Shown here in pieces: positions 61,858-64,000 of a DNA stretch of 64,000 nt. Below the pieces are notes generated by a model, which was given only the letters and a program-made list of their open reading frames with translations, made no database searches and was not told the DNA's origin. This stretch comes from the human T2T-CHM13v2.0 reference genome, Homo sapiens, in assembly GCF_009914755.1 (NCBI RefSeq), contig NC_060927.1; one strand, 5' to 3'. Both the position numbers and the translations under genes were made by a program. How positions within the stretch are numbered: position 1 is the first letter of the stretch; every line of letters starts with the position of its first letter.

Positions 61858-62594
61858 GATGGAATACTACTCAGCCATAAAAGGGAATGAATTAATGGCA
61901 TTCGCAGCAACCTGGATGAGATTGGAGACTATTATTCTAAGTGAAGTAACTCAGGAATGGAAAACCAAACATTGTATATTCTCACTCATGAGTGGAAGCT
62001 AAGCTATGAGGATGCAAAGGCATAAGAATGACACAATGGGCTTTTGGGACTCAGGAGGAAAGGGTGGGAAGGGGGTGAGGGATAAAAGACTACAAACAGA
62101 GTGCAGTGTATACTGCTTGGGTGATGGGTGCACCAAAACCTTACAAACCTTACCACTAAAGAACTTACTCATGTAACCAAACACCATCTCTTCCCCAATA
62201 ACCTATGGAAATAAAAAAATTTGTTTAAAAAGCAGGCTGTCACAATTGTGCACAAGGAGGGTTGAGAAAAAGGACAAAGTGACAAGTAAGCCTAAGCAAA
62301 TGGTTCTATAGGCTTCCAGAGAAGAAGTTTGCTGCTTCTCCCATGCAAAAGTGAACGATTATAAATGGCAGTAAGTAAGTGAAACCCTCCTTCAATGAAG
62401 TGTTCTGCATGGGTGCTGGTGTCCAAGCCTGAAGTTGCCAAGCACAACACAGATCAAACATCTCACATTAAGAGGTGAATCCTACAATGTCAGAGATGGC
62501 CAGCAACCTCAGATTTCACCCAAATCCGCAAGGTTTCGTGTCAGAGAAGAGAATTCACTCCAGATAGTTTGAGTAACATGAAATTATGACACTG

Positions 62595-63049
62595 TGTGCT
62601 CGGTTAAATAGTGTCCTTCCAAAATTCATGTCCACCCAAAACCCCAGAATGTGATTTGATTTAGAAACAAGGTCTTTGAACATGTATCTAGTTGTTTATA
62701 AAAGATCACACTCTATTAGAATGGGCCCTAAATTCAGTGACTGGGGTCCTTTTAAAGAGAAAAAGTGAAGACACAGAAACACACATGGGAAAGAAGGTTA
62801 TGTGACAACAGAGGCAAAGCTTGGAGTGAGGCAGCTACAAGCCAAGGAATACCAGGGATTGCTAGCAAGTACCATAAGCCAGGGAGGGGCAAGAGAAAAT
62901 TCTTGCTAGAGCCTTCAAAGGGAGCATGGCCCTACTGACACCTTGATCTTGAACTTCTAGCCTCTAGTACTGTGAGACGAGAATTTTTGTTGTTTTAAGT
63001 GATACAATTTGTGGCGATGTTTTTATGGCAGTCCTACAAAATAAATACA
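62595..63049 (+). mobile_element. MaLR LTR (MLT1C-like)
   Basis: 'ccaaaattcatgtccaccc', 'gcagctacaagccaaggaa', 'gggagcatggccctactgacaccttgat', 'tatggcagtcctacaaaataaataca'. Confidence 0.85.
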
Positions 63050-63539
63050 TACTGCATTAAGTGGCTCAGAGAATTATTTTGTGTGGAGAAGCTGCTGAAA
63101 TAAAGACCATGTGCTTTGATTTGGAATAATCCCAAAGCTACACTGTGGATGCAGTTAGCCAAGGGCACTGCTGCTCCTGACTTACACAAGAGGCCACCAG
63201 GAAGATGCCACCATATCTGCCAGTTCTAGAACCATGTTGTGTCTGCTACTAAGGACACTAGTAAAAGTGGACGCCTCCCACACTGCTTCTCTGCCTACTT
63301 AACTCAGTTCCTAATTTACATCTCTAACAAGGGTATCAGATTCATGGAACTGAATCACAAAACCAACCTGCAAAGGAGACTGAGGAGGTAGATTTTTGCT
63401 TTCCAGTCTATGTAGCCAGAAGAGCACAATAGAAAGGTTAGAATCCACATTAATCACAGTATACACCAATGTGTCTACTCCTAACTCCTCACATGGATCC
63501 AGATTCAACTAACCTTTACTTAGTAAAGGTTACATGAGC

Positions 63540-63670
63540 CAGGGATTATAATATATGATCCCTCCAGTGTTATTTTATTTATATTCCTACCAACTTTTTA
63601 AGGCGTCTATTACTGCCCCCATTTTATACATGAGGAAATTGAAGTTTAATGAGTTTTTAGGCTCATTGAT
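63540..63670 (-). mobile_element. MIR
   Basis: 'attactgcccccattttatacatgaggaaattgaag'. Confidence 0.7.
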
Positions 63671-64000
63671 TGTCTCAAAACAACCTAACAGTCAACAGGT
63701 ATTTCCTGAATACCTACTATGTGCCAGCCTTGCTGGGAATAAACAGTAAACAGGAAAAGCTTCATTACTAAATTATGTTGCTTGAAGTCTAATGAGATTG
63801 TTTTAAACTTTGTCATACATAAGAGTTGCCTGCTGACCTAGGTTTTCGGGTAGATTGCTGAGTTTGCATTACCAGGAGCCTGGGAATAGAAACACAGTCT
63901 GAAGGCTGTTACATATCAAAGTGACTATCTGAACCCTAGTCCCTGGATTCCAAGCCCAGTTGCTCTAGTGATATCCTAAAATTTCCTTCAGGTGCCAGGC

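Larger units (their letters stand above)
55369..62228 (+). mobile_element. Near full-length L1PB (L1PB1-like), ORFs disrupted
   Basis: 5' 'ggactagaatgcagctcc'; ORF1 start 56762; ORF2 pieces 58094-58354 (EN), 59505-59813 (RT), 60529-60798, 61584-61772; 3' end 'ccccaataacctatggaaataaaa'. Confidence 0.95.

Overview
Primate (very likely human) non-coding genomic DNA, identified by Alu, L1PA/L1PB and MER41 content. Roughly two-thirds is recognisable interspersed repeat. I find no protein-coding gene, RNA gene or CRISPR-like system; the ORF-track entries are decayed L1 ORF1/ORF2 pieces, Alu/LTR read-throughs or microsatellite artefacts. Main landmarks: two near full-length dead L1PB elements in divergent orientation (13369-20718 minus; 55369-62228 plus), a two-LTR MER41A (ERV1) provirus nested in an MLT1 LTR (37536-42866), a solo LTR1-type element, and many MaLR, L2, MIR and hAT relics. 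I cannot support a novel biological system. The most unusual signals are rearrangement scars. (1) A microsatellite inside an MLT2 LTR has captured an inverted and a direct copy of nearby DNA (49530-50560). (2) A composite L1PA insertion has a 16-bp TSD, a 3' transduction, a 5' inversion and a younger ACG-type L1 3' end at the inversion junction (53042-54436). (3) A 16-bp minisatellite is the inverted copy of its own flank. (4) There is a ~220-bp dispersed local duplication. (5) One Alu carries the AluYd 12-bp deletion. Subfamily names are recognised from memory of consensus sequences and need RepeatMasker/Dfam confirmation; boundaries of old repeats are approximate.
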